From Eledone cirrhosa (lineage: Eukaryota): a stretch of DNA of 64,000 bases. The stretch covers positions 98,642,001 through 98,706,000 of the forward strand of contig OZ024744.1 in NCBI GenBank assembly GCA_964016885.1, read 5' to 3'. The position numbers and the translations under genes are program-made. The notes under the pieces were generated by a model. That model was not told where the DNA came from. It saw only the letters and a program-made list of their open reading frames with translations, and made no database searches. Below, piece by piece: positions 1 through 13,209 of this stretch; position 1 is the first letter of the stretch; each line of letters opens with the position of its first letter.

Positions 1-289
1 AGGCCGTGTGGTATTTGTTCTGGCTGTCTGAGTTAAAATCCTGCTGAGGTCAACTTTGGTACTTTTTTTATTGACCTCAAAAAGATGAAAGGCAGTCAAG
101 TACTGGGTCAATTCTTCCTCTATATCTCTTTCTCACACATTCTATCCTTCTCTGGAAGAAATCTGCTGTACTCAGACCTATAGAAGAATCTGGCTCTGCC
201 AAGCTTAAAATGCCCAAGAAACACAGTATGAGTGTGTCATTACAGTGCCCCTACGATTCCATTAGGAGTTAAGGGACCATACCATACCA

Positions 290-900
290 TTATCTTTACT
301 AGTGGACAGATTGTTGTGAAAACTTGCAGTATCACAATAGAGGCTGTAATATTTTATGTGATGTAGTTATTTATGCTAAAAATAATGTTGTGTATGTTTG
401 ATTGTTAATTATCTCTTAACATCCTGTAATGATTTAGCAGAAAATATCTAAAAATAGGTTTGTTAATTCAAATGTTTATAATATCTTTACTAGGGGACAG
501 ATTGATGTAAAAATCTGAAGTACTATCTCTTAACATCCTTTAATAATTTAGCAGGAAATATCTAAAAACATGTTTAATTCAAATGTTTATAGTATCGTTA
601 CTATAGACAACAAATTGGCAGAGCTGTTAGAATGTCGGATAGAATGCTTTGTGGTATTTGTTCTGGCTCTCTGAGGTCAACTTTGCCTTTCATCCTTTCG
701 AGGTCAATATAAAAAGCACCAGTTTAGTACTGGGGTCAATTCTTCTGGTGGACAGAATGTTGTAAAAAGTTGCAGTATTAAAGACTAAAACTTTTAATAT
801 TTAATATGATGCAGTTATCGTGCTATTTTATAGTTTTCAAGAATGTCTTGCTAATGTGGTTTATGTGCTATATGTCGTTACAAGTTAAAATTTCTTTTAC
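290..900 (+). repeat. Degenerate AT-rich dispersed repeat (also about 5530-5780, 8030-8450, 43190-43320 and inverted 29085-29210)
   Basis: Recurrent blocks ttaattcaaatgtttatagtatctttactagtggacagattgttgt and tgctaatgtggtttcatgtggtacaggatgttaa. Confidence 0.7.
612..745 (+). mobile_element. tRNA-derived SINE family A (other copies about 1-110+, 2080-2215-, 2330-2435+, 36455-36580-, 39895-40055-, 40405-40545+, 41445-41600+)
   Basis: Shared ggcgaattggcagag..gttaga A-box-like head, gagttcaaatcc B box in fuller copies, and gaggtcaactttgcctttcatcctttcg body. Confidence 0.75.
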
Positions 901-995
901 AGTTACATTTTAAATTATTCTAAACATGGCTTACATAATACTCTGTTAATAAATGCAGAAAAGTATATAATCGATATTATTTTTTTTAAATTCAG

Positions 996-1102
996 GATCA
1001 GCTAGAACAGAAGGTTTTTACAAGATTAGTAACAGAGAAAAGGCTGGATACCTTTGTCATGCCAATAATATGACAAAAACAGCTGAGGCTGGACAACAAA
1101 AC
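996..1102 (+). CDS. SETD1: SETD1/Set1 histone H3K4 methyltransferase, internal exon with WIN motif (gene starts upstream of the window)
   Basis: ttcAG acceptor at 991-995 and GTatgt donor at 1103. Translates (G)SARTEGFYKISNREKAGYLCHANNMTKTAEAGQQN, which contains the WDR5-interaction motif GSARxEGxY. Ends in phase 0, matching the next exon. Not in the ORF track. Confidence 0.9.
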
Positions 1103-1184
1103 GTATGTTATTTATTTTGGTTTATTCAAATTTATTTTCTCGTTATTCTTTCACTAATCAATTTTCTTCTTGTCATATGACATG

Positions 1185-2010
1185 CACAGTAGCTAGAGAG
1201 GTAAGTCGAAAACAGTCAGCCAGACCATGGTGTCATTTGCCTCCAAGCACTGGGAAAACGTCTGAGGGGGCAGTCTCAAACCACATGCAGTCAGGGTCCC
1301 AACAGTCACATGCTGGGCCATCTTTCATTTATAGAGATGATTGGCTGTCCCGGGATGCATTGTGCAGATCTGATTAAGGGACACCTATTGCTTTCTGGGA
1401 ATGTCAAAGCCAGCTGGTTGGCAAATTTGGACTCATTCCATGATCTTCACCACTCTTCCTTGATTCCCAGAATGGTTTGCGTGATTTCAAGTGCATGTTG
1501 GGATGGTTTTCCAGGTCTCTATGGATGGGAAGGTTGGGCTTGGACTTAAGAAGTGCTGTGTCATGGATCATCTTTTGACGCCGCATGTGTGAAGGAGCTA
1601 TATGAGAAAGAGTAGGCAACTACTGAGTAGATGTAGATTTCTGTGTGCAAGATATTATTCTCATTGCTGAGTTGAGGATGGTGTCAACTTGCTTGGCATG
1701 ACATCTCCCTGTCCAGACCGGTCAACAGTACTCTGCAACTTAATATGAGTGATAAGCACGCAATTCGGAGTGTGTTGGTGTGTGTGTGTACATCAGACCC
1801 CATCTGTTTCCTGCCAACTTGCAGGTGATATTTATTCTGGTCTTGAGCTTTCCAGCAACTCTCTTTTAGATGCTCTCTGTAGATCAGGCTGGGATCCAAT
1901 GTTACACCAAGATATTTGGGGTGTGGGTCGTTCTTGACAGGCTTACCACAGAAGGAGACCTTGAGTTCCGCCCTAGCTTATCTAGGGCTGAGATGGAAGG
2001 CTGTCACAAT
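1185..2010 (-). mobile_element. Decayed I-group non-LTR retrotransposon, 3' part of ORF2
   Basis: Minus-strand fragments TLRIACLSL..AEYC*PVW..HAKQVDTILNSAMRII..LPTLSHIAPSHMRR and HLKSRKPFW, plus a C-terminal CDCxDPD..HVVxDCP zinc knuckle. Contains stops and frameshifts. Confidence 0.65.
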
Positions 2011-2434
2011 TTGTTGTTAAATGTTTTATGATTTGAAAACTCTCTCTATGAACGCCATAAATTGGAGAATTGATCAACTACTTTATTTTATTAACCTCAG
2101 AAGGATGAAAGGCAAAGTTGACCTTGGCAGGATTTTAACTCAGGATATAAAGGACTGAAAATAAATGCTTGCCAAACATTTTGTCCAACACTGTAATGAT
2201 TCTGCCTATCCACTACTCTTGGAGAAGAATTAATGACTTCACTTAGCATGTAGCTTCAGAATTATATGAGAGCCAAAAGGAGTTGATGGGATATGTTTCC
2301 AAAGAGTTTTTGATTATGTAAATGTTTTGAGAAGGTGGCGAATTGGTAGAGTTGTTAGAACGCTGGATAGAATGCTTTGTGATATTTGTTTCAGCTCTCT
2401 GCACTCGGAGTTCAAATCCCATCAAGGTCAACTG

Positions 2435-2757
2435 GGAAGTTGGGACACTGCATTGTTGAACGCTGCACCAACTGCTTCCATCTCTGGCAGTCATGGGCGA
2501 GTGCTTGGGTTTTGGCAAAGTTCTCTTTCCTATCCACTCAGCTATGTTGTCTGTCCAACGCTTCCTTTGTCTACCCCGCCTTCTTTCTCCCCACACTGTT
2601 CCTTGGAGAATTGTCTTAGAGAGTCCGTCCAATCTTGTCACATGCCCATACCACCTCAGCTTCCTTCTCTTCGCCGTGGTCAGCAGATCTTTAAAGTGAC
2701 TCACACGCTGGGTGATTCTTTTGCGGACCTCCTTGTTCATGATGTGTTCTGTGTGAT
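2435..2757 (-). mobile_element. RTE/BovB-type LINE 3' fragment
   Basis: KRRKLRWYGHVTRLDGLSKTILQGTVWGERRRGRQRKRWTDNI in ORF 2243..2782. Confidence 0.8.
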
Positions 2758-2774
2758 TTATATATATATATATA

Positions 2775-3225
2775 CTCTCCAAGACAATGTCACTGGACCG
2801 AGATCTTTGGCGCTACACAGTCATACAGAAGACCCGCCTTGCCTAAGTTCAAAGCGAAACCTACAGTCAGTAGGCACCTCTAACAAAATACACCCCGGTC
2901 CCACTACCCCCACGCCATCCTCACCACCCCCTTACATGTCAAGTTATGTTATGTTGGTACCACAACATCCAGCCCGAAACGAGGTCGTGTAGGTGTCACG
3001 ACATAAAAAACACACAGTCCACGCTGTAATGTGGCCGTGTAGGTAACACGGTAAAAACCTCCCAGTCCACACTGTAAACGTGGTTGGTGTTAGGAAGGGC
3101 ATCCAGCTGTAGAAAACCCACCAGACAGTCCTATACGAGTAGGACAACCAATCTTGCCTCAAGTGGGAAACTCCTGTCCAAACGCATGCAAGCGTGGAAG
3201 ATGGACATTAAACGATGATGATGAT
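2775..3225 (+). mobile_element. 3' end of the RTE family seen at 10.1 and 33 kb, with (GAT)n tail
   Basis: Closely matches 12067-12520 (ctccaagacaatgtcactggaccgagatctttggcgctac...ggacattaaacgatgatgatg). Confidence 0.85.
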
Positions 3226-3379
3226 ATATATACTAGCTGAGGTACCCAGCTTCGCTAAGGTTAACAAATAAGAGAAGACCGGCAGAATAGAAAACATCTG
3301 TATTGAATGCATTGTCTTGGTTACAGCGTGTGTATTGTGTGTGTGTGCATGTGTTTGTGTATATATATATATATATATT

Positions 3380-3776
3380 TTTTTTTTTTCTAAGGCGGGT
3401 AAAATTCCCGAGATCCATGGACGAGTTCTCTCCAGCGGTCTCTGTCCCTCATTATCGCTGCCATGTCCTGCGTCTCCAACAGACCAGTGTCTGTCCTTAG
3501 GGCATCAACATATGTTAACCTTGGTCTTCCTCTTCTAGTGTGTCCGCCTCTTCATTGCTGTAGTGGAATCTGTGCTGCTATATGGGTCTGAGACTTGGAC
3601 ACTGACCAAGAAACTCACTCAGATGGTGGATGGGTGCTACATGAGAATGTTGAGGATGGCTCTGAACATTAATCAGTATACACTGAGGATGAAAAACTCA
3701 GAGCTGTATGGGAGCATCCCAAAAGTCAACTCAAAAGTGACACAGAGGAGACTGAGGTTAGCTGGACATGCTCACC

Positions 3777-3780
<4 letters not shown>
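3380..3780 (-). mobile_element. RTE-type LINE 3' end with inverted 5' segment
   Basis: Minus 3390-3550 reads GHTRRGRPRLTYVDALRTDTG...RDRDRWRELV then stop and an A-run. Plus 3548-3780 reads ESVLLYGSETWTLT...RRLRLAGHAHRH. Flanked by (AT)n on both sides. Confidence 0.75.
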
Positions 3781-3859
<79 letters not shown>

Positions 3860-4684
3860 TACATATATATATGTGTGTGTGTGTGCCTGTGTTCGTGTGT
3901 GTGTGTGTAAACCACTGTTGGAATCGGAGACATAGGCCGCGAAACACGATCATCACTGACAACGAACTCACAGAGAGAATCCCTTATGGTTGATTTCCAA
4001 CCTGCTAGAAATAGCAGTCAGGTTGGTTATGCAACATATCAATCAAAAACGATATGAGAATTGTATACCATACTAAAGCGCCAGTAAGCTTGTTAAGAAC
4101 CTGCAGATAGAAATGTTAATAAATACAACATTTGGCTTGGGTAAACTTTAAGATGTTCTTTCATTGTAGGTTTCTTTTCTCAGCCAGTACGTTAAAGAAA
4201 ATTGATAGTTACAACAATAAAGGTTGAACAGAGAACAAATTTTTTAACAAACTTTACAATAATTTGTACAACCATAATGGAAATTCCAAGTAACATAAAT
4301 TACATTGTTTATAAATTACATGCCTCGGAGTATACAATATTTTTTGTTCGGCCCTTGGGAGCAAAGATGAAGAGATTGTTTGGCGAGCTCACTCTAGAGC
4401 ATCCTACATACAATTGACCATGGTTTTTCCAGATGAAAGCCAGCCACTTTTAGGGTTTGACCCTGAGCTTTGTTGATGGTAATCGGGAAGCTTAGTCTCT
4501 CTGTTGCTCTAGTAACATTTTTTCATCTGGAAAATCTGATCTTGCGGCCAGGCTAGGACTTTTTGGGTGGCATATCGGCAGTAACAATGACGATAAGCCG
4601 TCTGTGCTTTCATGAAATAAATGCGTTTATTTATATTTTGTTTTTGTGATGCAAAAATATCTATACACGAATATGTAATTATAT

Positions 4685-4870
4685 ATTTTTATTAAAATAA
4701 CAGGATTAAAGTTTAAGCAAAGAATCGCTGCTTTCACCCTTAACGGGATCTTCTGATACTAAAAAAAAATCAATTTATGAACGCAGAAGTAAATATTTTG
4801 AAAAACATTGCAACCGAAAGACAACAGGAAGATGATACTTTGGTTCGTGAAGACGTTAGGAATGTCGTAT
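4685..4870 (-). mobile_element. Fragment of the CAGAAGA hammerhead-like repeat family (see 27190-27820)
   Basis: Near-identical to 27270-27435 (ttaaagtttaagcaaagaatcgctgctttcacccttaacgggatcttctg...). Confidence 0.7.
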
Positions 4871-5351
4871 AACCGGAAGTGGTGACATTTGAAAATTTTA
4901 AAGAAGTGAATATTTAAATAATGTCTTTAATCTTTTAACAAAATTCAGTAGACAAAAATACCCTCACTTTCTTACTTGGAAAAAGTTACATCTATGGTGC
5001 AAATTTGGTGCCGTTTGGTCCAGCTGCTTGGCGGAAAGTTTGTTACTTACTTACGGTCGTCGGCTTTATAGTATAGATGGGAATTTGTCTTGATAGTTGA
5101 CTAAAGATTGCTGGCTTAGCAAGATGCTACAATATTCAATAAAGATTATATTTATATATATATATATAAAAGAAGTCTACATTCTTCATAATTTTTGTTT
5201 TGATTATGTAATTTCTGAAAAATAAGCAAATATCCATTTATATTGATCTATCATTTTGTTTATACATTTACTGGTTTTGGTCGTTAGACAGTGACCATGT
5301 TAGGGCACCATGTTTTATTACCATTTCACATTTCCCCTTTATACCTGACAG

Positions 5352-5462
5352 GAAAAGAAGTTGTCAATGACCTCAAGAGAAGCCAGACACAATATTAGAC
5401 GTTTCCAAACAAACTTTGGTGATTTAGAGTTGGGTGAACTATTTAAATTTAATCAATTAAAG
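5352..5462 (+). CDS. SETD1: SETD1/Set1 exon, n-SET region
   Basis: gacAG acceptor and GTaagt donor, 111 nt. Translates EKKLSMTSREARHNIRRFQTNFGDLELGELFKFNQLK, with the RxxxRR motif and the FNQLK that directly precedes FRKK in Set1 proteins. Confidence 0.92.
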
Positions 5463-6039
5463 GTAAGTATTTTGGAAAAAATTATATATATTTTTAAGGA
5501 CAATATTTCTGTCTGCTATATGGTCATGTGAAAACTGATTAGCAGATTATATCTAAAAATAGATTTGTTAATTCAAATGTTTATAGTATATTTACTAGTG
5601 GACAGATTGTTGTTAAAATTTGCAGTATTAGAGTAAAGACTTTAATATTTAATGTGATGAAGTTTTGTACTTTACAAGAATGTTTTGCTAATGTGGTACA
5701 GGATGTTAATATTTAATGTGATACAGTCATAGTACTGTTTTGCTAATGCAGTCTCATGTGGTACAGGATATTAAAATTTAAACAGCAATATGAATTCAAC
5801 ATGTCTTTCATGCCATACAACCAACTACTGTGTGGTAAAATATGTACTGTAGTCTTAGATAAGATTGTCAACATCAACTAGTTGGCTTTTAAATTTGCCT
5901 CAACTTCATTCAATATGTCTTGAGTTTCACATTCTATCATTATTGGAGTGAAATATGGATGATGAATGTGGAGCAGGAGAAAACAAAAGGGAAAGGTGTA
6001 AGGTGTATGTGTGAGAAGTGCCATGATTTATGGGAGTGG

Positions 6040-8003
6040 GAGATGGCTGATGAACATGGAGTAACAGAAGCTTGGAAAGAACAGAAAGGTGTATGGTGTA
6101 TGTGTGAGAGATGGCTGATGAACATGGAGTAACAGAAGCCTGGAAAGACCAGAAAGGTGTATGGTGTATGTGTGAGAGATGGCTGATGAACATGGAGTAA
6201 CAGAAGCCTGGAAAGAACAGAAAGGTGTATGGTGTATGTGTGAGAGATGGCTGATGAACATGGAGTAACAGAAGCCTGGAAAGACCAGAAAGGTGTATGG
6301 TGATTGTGTGAGAGATGGCTGATGAACATGGAGCAACAGAAGCTTGGAAAGAACAGAGAGGTGTATGGTGTATGTGTGTGAGAGATGGCTGATGAACATG
6401 GAGTAACAGAAGCCTGGAAAGACCAGAAAGGTGTATGGTGATTGTGTGAGAGATGGCTGATGAACATGGAGCAACAGAAGCTTGGAAAGAACAGAGAGGT
6501 GTATGGTGTATGTGTGAGAGATGGCTGATGAACATGGAGTAACAGAAGCCTGGAAAGAACAGAAAGGTGTATGGTGTATGTGTGAGAGATGGCTGATGAA
6601 CATGGAGTAACAGAAGCCTGGAAAGACCAGAAAGGTGTATGGTGTATGTGTGAGAGATGGCTGATGAACATGGAGTAACAGAAGCCTGGAAAGAACAGAA
6701 AGGTGTATGGTGATTGTGTGAGAGATGGCTGATGAACATGGAGCAACAGAAGCTTGGAAAGAACAGAGAGGTGTATGGTGTATGTGTGTGAGAGATGGCT
6801 GATGAACATGGAGTAACAGAAGCCTGGAAAGACCAGAAAGGTGTATGGTGATTGTGTGAGAGATGGCTGATGAACATGGAGCAACAGAAGCTTGGAAAGA
6901 ACAGAGAGGTGTATGGTGTATGTGTGTGAGAGATGGCTGATGAACATGGAGTAACAGAAGCCTGGAAAGACCAGAAAGGTGTATGGTGATTGTGTGAGAG
7001 ATGGCTGATGAACATGGAGTAACAGAAGCCTGGAAAGAACAGAAAGGTGTATGGTGTATGTGTGAGAGATGGCTGATGAACATGGAGCAACAGAAGCCTG
7101 GAAAGAACAGAAAGGTGTATGGTGATTGTGTGAGAGATGGCTGATGAACATGGAGCAACAGAAGCCTGGAAAGAACAGAAAGGTGTATGGTGTATGTGTG
7201 AGAGATGGCTGATGAACATGGAGCAACAGAAGCCTGGAAAGACCAGAAAGGTATATGGTGATTGTGTGAGAGATGGCTGATGAACATGGAGTAACAGAAG
7301 CTTGGAAAGAACAGAAAGGTGTATGGTGTATGTGTGAGAGATGGCTGATGAACATGGAGTAACAGAAGCCTGGAAAGAACAGAAAGGTGTATGGTGTATG
7401 TGTGAGAGATGGCTGATGAACATGGAGTAACAGAAGCCTGGAAAGAACAGAAAGGTGTATGGTGTATGTGTGAGAGATGGCTGATGAACATGGAGCAACA
7501 GAAGCCTGGAAAGAACAGAAAGGTGTATGGTGATTGTGTGAGAGATGGCTGATGAACATGGAGCAACAGAAGCCTGGAAAGAACAGAAAGGTGTATGGTG
7601 TATGTGTGAGAGATGGCTGATGAACATGGAGCAACAGAAGCCTGGAAAGAACAGAAAGGTGTATGGTGTATGTGTGAGAGATGGCTGATGAACATGGAGC
7701 AACAGAAGCCTGGAAAGACCAGAAAGGTGTATGGTGTATGTGTGAGAGATGGCTGATGAACATGGAGCAACAGAAGCCTGGAAAGAACAGAAAGGTGTAT
7801 GGTGATTGTGTGAGAGATGGCTGATGAACATGGAGTAACAGAAGCTTGGAAAGAACAGAAAGGTGTATGGTGTATGTGTGAGAGATGGCTGATGAACATG
7901 GAGCAACAGAAGCCTGGAAAGACCAGAAAGGTATATGGTGATTGTGTGAGAGATGGCTGATGAACAAGGAGCAACAGAAGCCTGGAAAGACCAGAAAGGT
8001 ATA
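6040..8003. repeat. 68-bp minisatellite, about 29 copies, in a SETD1 intron
   Basis: Unit ggagtaacagaagcctggaaagaacagaaaggtgtatggtgtatgtgtgagagatggctgatgaacat; starts at 6058 and 6126 give a period of 68. A few recurring variants. Confidence 0.97.
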
Positions 8004-8551
8004 AGGTAGTGTACACTGCATGTGTGAGAGTAAAAGACTTCAATTTTTAATGTGTTGCACTCATAGTGTTGTTTTGTACTTTCCAATGTCTTGCTAATAT
8101 GGTTTCATGAGATTTGTTAATTCAAATGTTTATATCACCTTTACTACTGGACGGATTGTTGTGAAAATTTGCAGTATTAGAGTAAAGACTTCAATTATTA
8201 ATGTGATTCAGTCATAGTCTTGTTTTTTACTTTTTAAGAATTTCCTGCTAATGTGGTTTCACGTGGTGCAGGATGTTAAGAATTAATTGAAATGTTTACT
8301 GTATCTTTACTAGTTGAGTGTTGTAAAGATTTGCAGCATTATAGTAAATACTTCAATTTTTAAAGTAATGCAAGCGTAGTAGTGTTGTGTACTTATGAAA
8401 AAATGTTTTGTTAATGTAGTTTCATGTGGTACAGGACTTTAAGAATTAAACTCATGTTACATATTGGAGTTGAGGTTACCTTATTAACTTGTACTAAAAA
8501 TGTTCATATTTGGTATTGTATTAACATTTTTAAATTTTCAAATTGTTTCAG

Positions 8552-8809
8552 TTTCGAAAAAAACAGTTAAGGTTTGCTAAAAGCTCAATCCACGATTGGG
8601 GCTTATTTGCACTGGAGCCCATTGCCGCTGAGGAAATGGTTATTGAATATGTTGGACAAGTGATCCGACATTTTGTTGCCGATGAACGAGAGAAGCAATA
8701 CGGTGCACAGGGTATTGGCAGTAGTTATTTATTCCGAGTTGATAACGAAACAATCATTGATGCGACAAAAGCAGGCAACCTGGCACGCTTCATCAACCAC
8801 AGCTGTAAT
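8552..8809 (+). CDS. SETD1: SETD1/Set1 exon, SET domain N-terminal part
   Basis: ttcAG acceptor and GTaagt donor, 258 nt. Translates [39 protein letters not shown]...[11 protein letters not shown]...[17 protein letters not shown], a hallmark Set1 SET domain. Confidence 0.97.
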
Positions 8810-8857
8810 GTAAGTGACATTTCAATTTGTAATTTGTTTTCAAACTATGTAAATTTA

Positions 8858-9916
8858 TTAACCCTTTAGCATTCATATTAATTTTCAAACGTCATGCTTA
8901 TCTGTTTGCATTATTTTGAGTTAATCATACTCAAGAGGGTTATCAATTTTATTTATTTGTAATTTTCTTAATTTTCTATGTGCAGGCTTGAAATTTTGTC
9001 AGTAGATGTTTAAATATCAATAATTTACAATTAATTTTACCTGATTTTTTGGTCAAATTTGACTTTTATGGGCAGGTGAAATTAATTAATTTGAAGTATC
9101 AACCAGGTGCAAATACTGGTTTAATTTTAAATGCGTTGGTTCGGCATAATACTTGATATATAAGGATCGCAAAACCTTATGTCAGTGTTCCAGTAATTCC
9201 ACAGTCTTGGAAATTGTTTTATACCAAACATAATATTTACGGTAAAAAATGCTTGCATTTCCGCAACATCTGTCGGTCGCCAAACAGAGTTGAAATCTGT
9301 TGTTGGGCATATCAGTTAATCTCTTCTGCCATAACTTCGAAGAAAGTTTGTGGTAAAAACAAAGAAATAATCCAGTGCTTTAGCATCAGGAGGTAATGTA
9401 TGTTGTGGACCAGTATTTTGAATAAAATCGGGAACATATATTAGTGTGGTATTTTTCAACCACATTGCTGTAATATTTTCAATAGCGTCCTGAGATCTTC
9501 ATTTTCATTTCAAAACAATCATCGTCGGACGAAATTTCAGAAATATAAACATCAGATTCATTTGAAGATAAATCACTAATATTATCTTTTGTTTCTTGTT
9601 TATTCTGAATGTCGTCGTGTGTAAAACCTTCAAAGTCGATATCGCTACTTTCATAAGCCATGTTTATACAAAAAAAAATCTGTTGTACTTTCAAAGTTAA
9701 AAAAACACTTGTTGTTTTAAGGTGTTTTACTATATTAAGTGTTAATTTTCGTGGTAATACCCTAATCTCACAGTAATCTCAAATTGACAAGATTTTGATG
9801 ATGGTTTGTTTATTTTTAGAAAGATTTTTTAGTGTGGGTGTTATTGGGCGATTTCGGGCGGTTTGAGCAAATGAAGGGGAAATAATTTCGGGTGGTTTGA
9901 ACATTAAAGGGTTAAA
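8858..9916 (-). mobile_element. piggyBac-like non-autonomous element or composite
   Basis: TTAA-CCCTTTA at the left end and TAAAGGG-TTAA at the right. Acidic minus-strand MAYESSDIDFEGF..SDLSSNESD stretch resembles a transposase N-terminus. Confidence 0.5.
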
Positions 9917-10109
9917 CATCAACTTTGCCGGTACAGCAATCTCTTTCTCTGGCCAACTATTAAAGCACTGGTGATGTTCACATATTGTATGATACACCAC
10001 CATCATATCTTTTGATTCAACAGCTTTGATAGAATCTGTGCAAATTTCTGAAGACTAGAATGAAACCATGTTTTGGAAATAGTTACAAGCACTAAATATA
10101 AATATATAT

Positions 10110-12522
10110 TTGGAACAGTAAGGTGGAGGAGTCAATTAAGGCCAAAAAGCAGGCTTGGAAAGTATGGGGGAAGTAGAGAAGACTATCAAGTGGCCAGGAG
10201 GGAAGCTAGGAGACAAGTGTACTTCGCAAGAAGGGAAGCAGAGGAAAGGAAGTTCAAGCATGTTCTACAACGCGAGGACTAAAAACGTGAGGTGTTCAGG
10301 ATTGCTAGGCAATGTGTCAAGGAAAACCATGATATTGTCGGGGAGAATTGTGTCCTTAATGATGATGGTGTACTTGCCATCACTGACGCTGATAAGAAGG
10401 TAGCTTGGAAGTGTCACTACGAAAGGCTACTAAATGAGGAGAATAAATGGGAGAAAGACATCGATCCAATAGAGGGACCAGCAGTGTTAGTCGAAGGTAG
10501 TATAATAAGTAAGGCAATCAAAGATATGAAGACGGGTAAGGCGGCTGGGCCTTCGGAAATAGTTGCTGAAATGCTGAAAGCTTCTGGAACGGTGGGACAC
10601 ACCATGGTCACCTGGATAGTTAACCAAGTCACACAGAATGGGGTTGTTCCGAAGGACTGGCGTAGCAGCATCATCATTAACTGCCACAAGGGTAAAGGAG
10701 ATGCCCTAGATAGGGGTAACTATAGAGGCATTAAATTAATCGACCAGGTCATGAAGGTCACAGAAAAAGTAATAGCGCAACTAATCAGAGAGCGAATTGA
10801 TCTAGATGAAATGCAGTTCGGGTTTGTGTCAGGTAAAAGTACCACAGACGCTCTTTTCATTGTACGACAACTACAGGAGAAGTACCTAGCTAAAAGTAAA
10901 CCCCTATACTTAGCTTTTGTCGACTTGGAGAAAGCCTTTGACAGTCCCCCGTTCCATTATCTGGTGGGCTCTTAGAAAACTAGGTCTTGATGAATGGCTG
11001 TGAGAGCTATACAAGCCATGTATAAAGAAACAGTCAGCAAGGTTAGAATTAACAACGAATATAGTGAAGAATTTAGCGTAAAAGTTGGTGTTCATCAGGG
11101 CTCCGTACTTAGCCCCCTACTATTTATTATTGCCCTTCAGGCTATAACAGTGGAGTTCAAGACCGGCTGGCTATGGGAACTCCTATACGCAGATGATCTA
11201 ATGCTCATAGCTGAATCAATGGCTGAACTAGAGAAGAAATTCCAAACATGGAAGCATGGCCTAGAATCAAAAGGCCTTAAAATTAACCTGTCTAAGACTA
11301 AAGTTCGAGTTTGTAGGAAGGAAAATAGGGCACCGGTTCCATCCGGGAAATGGCCATGCTCAATGTGTAGGAAAGGAGTAGGTAGAAACTCCATTTTATG
11401 TCCCAAATGCAAAGTATGGGTGCATAAAAGATGTAGTGGGATCACAGGTAAGCTAACTAAGAACATAGATTTTATATGTGGCCGGTGCTCTGGTGCAACA
11501 AGTAGCAGCAAGTGCACACAGAATACTAGCTCATTCCATTGCACAGATGGTTCTATAGAAATAGTGGACACCTTCCGTTACTTGGGTGACAAAATCAGCA
11601 GTGGTGCAGAGTGCTCTGAAAGTACAGTAGCTAGTCAGACTGGATGGAAAAAATTCAGAGAGCTTATACCACTATTAGCCGCAAAAGGGTTCTCTCTAAA
11701 AATGAAAGGCAGGTTGTATGATGCCTGCATACGAACAGCAATGTTACATGGCAGTGAGACCTGGGCATTGTGTGCAGAGGATATATGCAGACTGGAGAGG
11801 AATGAAGCTTGCATGCTCCATTGGATATGTAATAGTAATATACGTGAACGGCAAAGCATAAACGAACTAAGGGAGAAATTAGGAATAAGAGGGATCAGAT
11901 GTTGTTTACTCGAGAGAAGACTACGTTGGTACGGTCACGTGATGCGCATGAAAGACGACAGCTGTATAAAAAAGTGCAGGGCGATAAAATAGACGGTAGC
12001 CACGGAGTAGGCAGACCCAGAAAAACCTGGGACGACTTGATAAATTCCGACCTCACACACTTACACCTCTCCAAGACAATGTCACTGGACCGAGATCTTT
12101 GGCGCTACGCAGTAATAGAGAAGACCCGTCTTACCTAAGTACAAAGTGAAACCTACTACAGTCAGTAGGCACCTCTAACAAAAATATACCCACGTCCCAC
12201 TACCCCCACCCTATCCACACCACCCCTTTCAATGTAAAGTTATGTTGGTACCACAACCTCCAGTCCGAAACAAATGAGGTCGTGTAGGTGTCACGATAAA
12301 AAAAAAAACACAGTCCACGCTGTAATGTGTCCGTGTAGGTAACACGGTAAAAACCTCCCAGTCCACACTGTAAACGTGGTTGGTGTTAGGAAGGGCATCC
12401 AGCCGTAGAAAACCCGCCAGACAGTCCTATGCAAGCAAGACAACCACTCTTGCCTCAAGTGGGAAAACTCCCGTCCAAACCCATGCAAGCATGGAAGATG
12501 GACGTTAAATGATGATGATGAT
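10110..12522 (+). mobile_element. 5'-truncated RTE-clade LINE (reverse transcriptase, disrupted) in the last SETD1 intron
   Basis: GKAAGP, KGKGD..NYRGIKL, QFGF, FVDLEKAFD, GVHQGSVLSPLLF, LLYADD, HGSETW, RRLRWYGHV, GRPRKTW. Frameshifts present; (GAT)n tail near 12510. Confidence 0.95.
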
Positions 12523-13209
12523 TTGTGACTCAAAGAGTCACAAATATATATTTTTATTTGACTTTGAGAATCAAAGGGTCAGAAAGACTCTTCAGTACTG
12601 GTGACATGATAAAATGTACCTAGTACACTCTGTAATGTGGTTGGTCGTAGGAAGAGCATTCATCTATAGAACACCTGCCAAAGAAAAGATGGAAAGGACT
12701 TTTAAGTTGTGTCAAAGACATGACCACTTCTCCAGTGCTGGTGTCAGGATAAAATGTACCCAGTACCCTTTGTGAAGTGGTTGGTGATAGGAAGAGCATC
12801 CAGCTGTAGAACACCTGCCATAGAAAAGGTGAGAAAGACTTGTCAGCTGTGATAAAGACGTGACAACTTTCCTAGTGTTGGTGCCAGAATAAAATGTACC
12901 TGGCACACTATTAGAATGTGGGGACATATTCTGTCATGTTCAGACCCCAGCCGACCACCTGCAAAGTCAGTAACTCAAGTTTACTATTGATTTGGTCTGT
13001 CGCAACCCATCCATCCTTTGCTAGCCGTGAAAAGGGATGTTAAGTAATGATGATGATGATGTCTACGAAGTTTGAAATTCCAAATATCAAATTTAACGGC
13101 AGTTAATTTTAAATTGGGGGCATTACAGTTAATTTTAGATGTTTGATTACCTTGCTTTAATTTTTTTGGTGCCAGTTGTAGGTATGAAGATGATAATGAT
13201 AGCCATTAT

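Noticed and set aside
6040-8003. CTGATGA...GAAA in every 68-bp unit, suggesting a tandem hammerhead satellite
   Set aside because: Stem I cannot pair (gagatgg versus tggtgt) and stems II and III are poor. The unit looks more like decayed purine-rich LINE sequence.
5927-8086. Three 670-720 aa minus-strand ORFs
   Set aside because: They are translations of the 68-bp minisatellite, open in all three frames and antisense within an intron.
8543-8869. 108-aa ORF as a standalone SET gene
   Set aside because: It overruns the splice sites; the true exon is 8552-8809 and joins flanking exons in phase.
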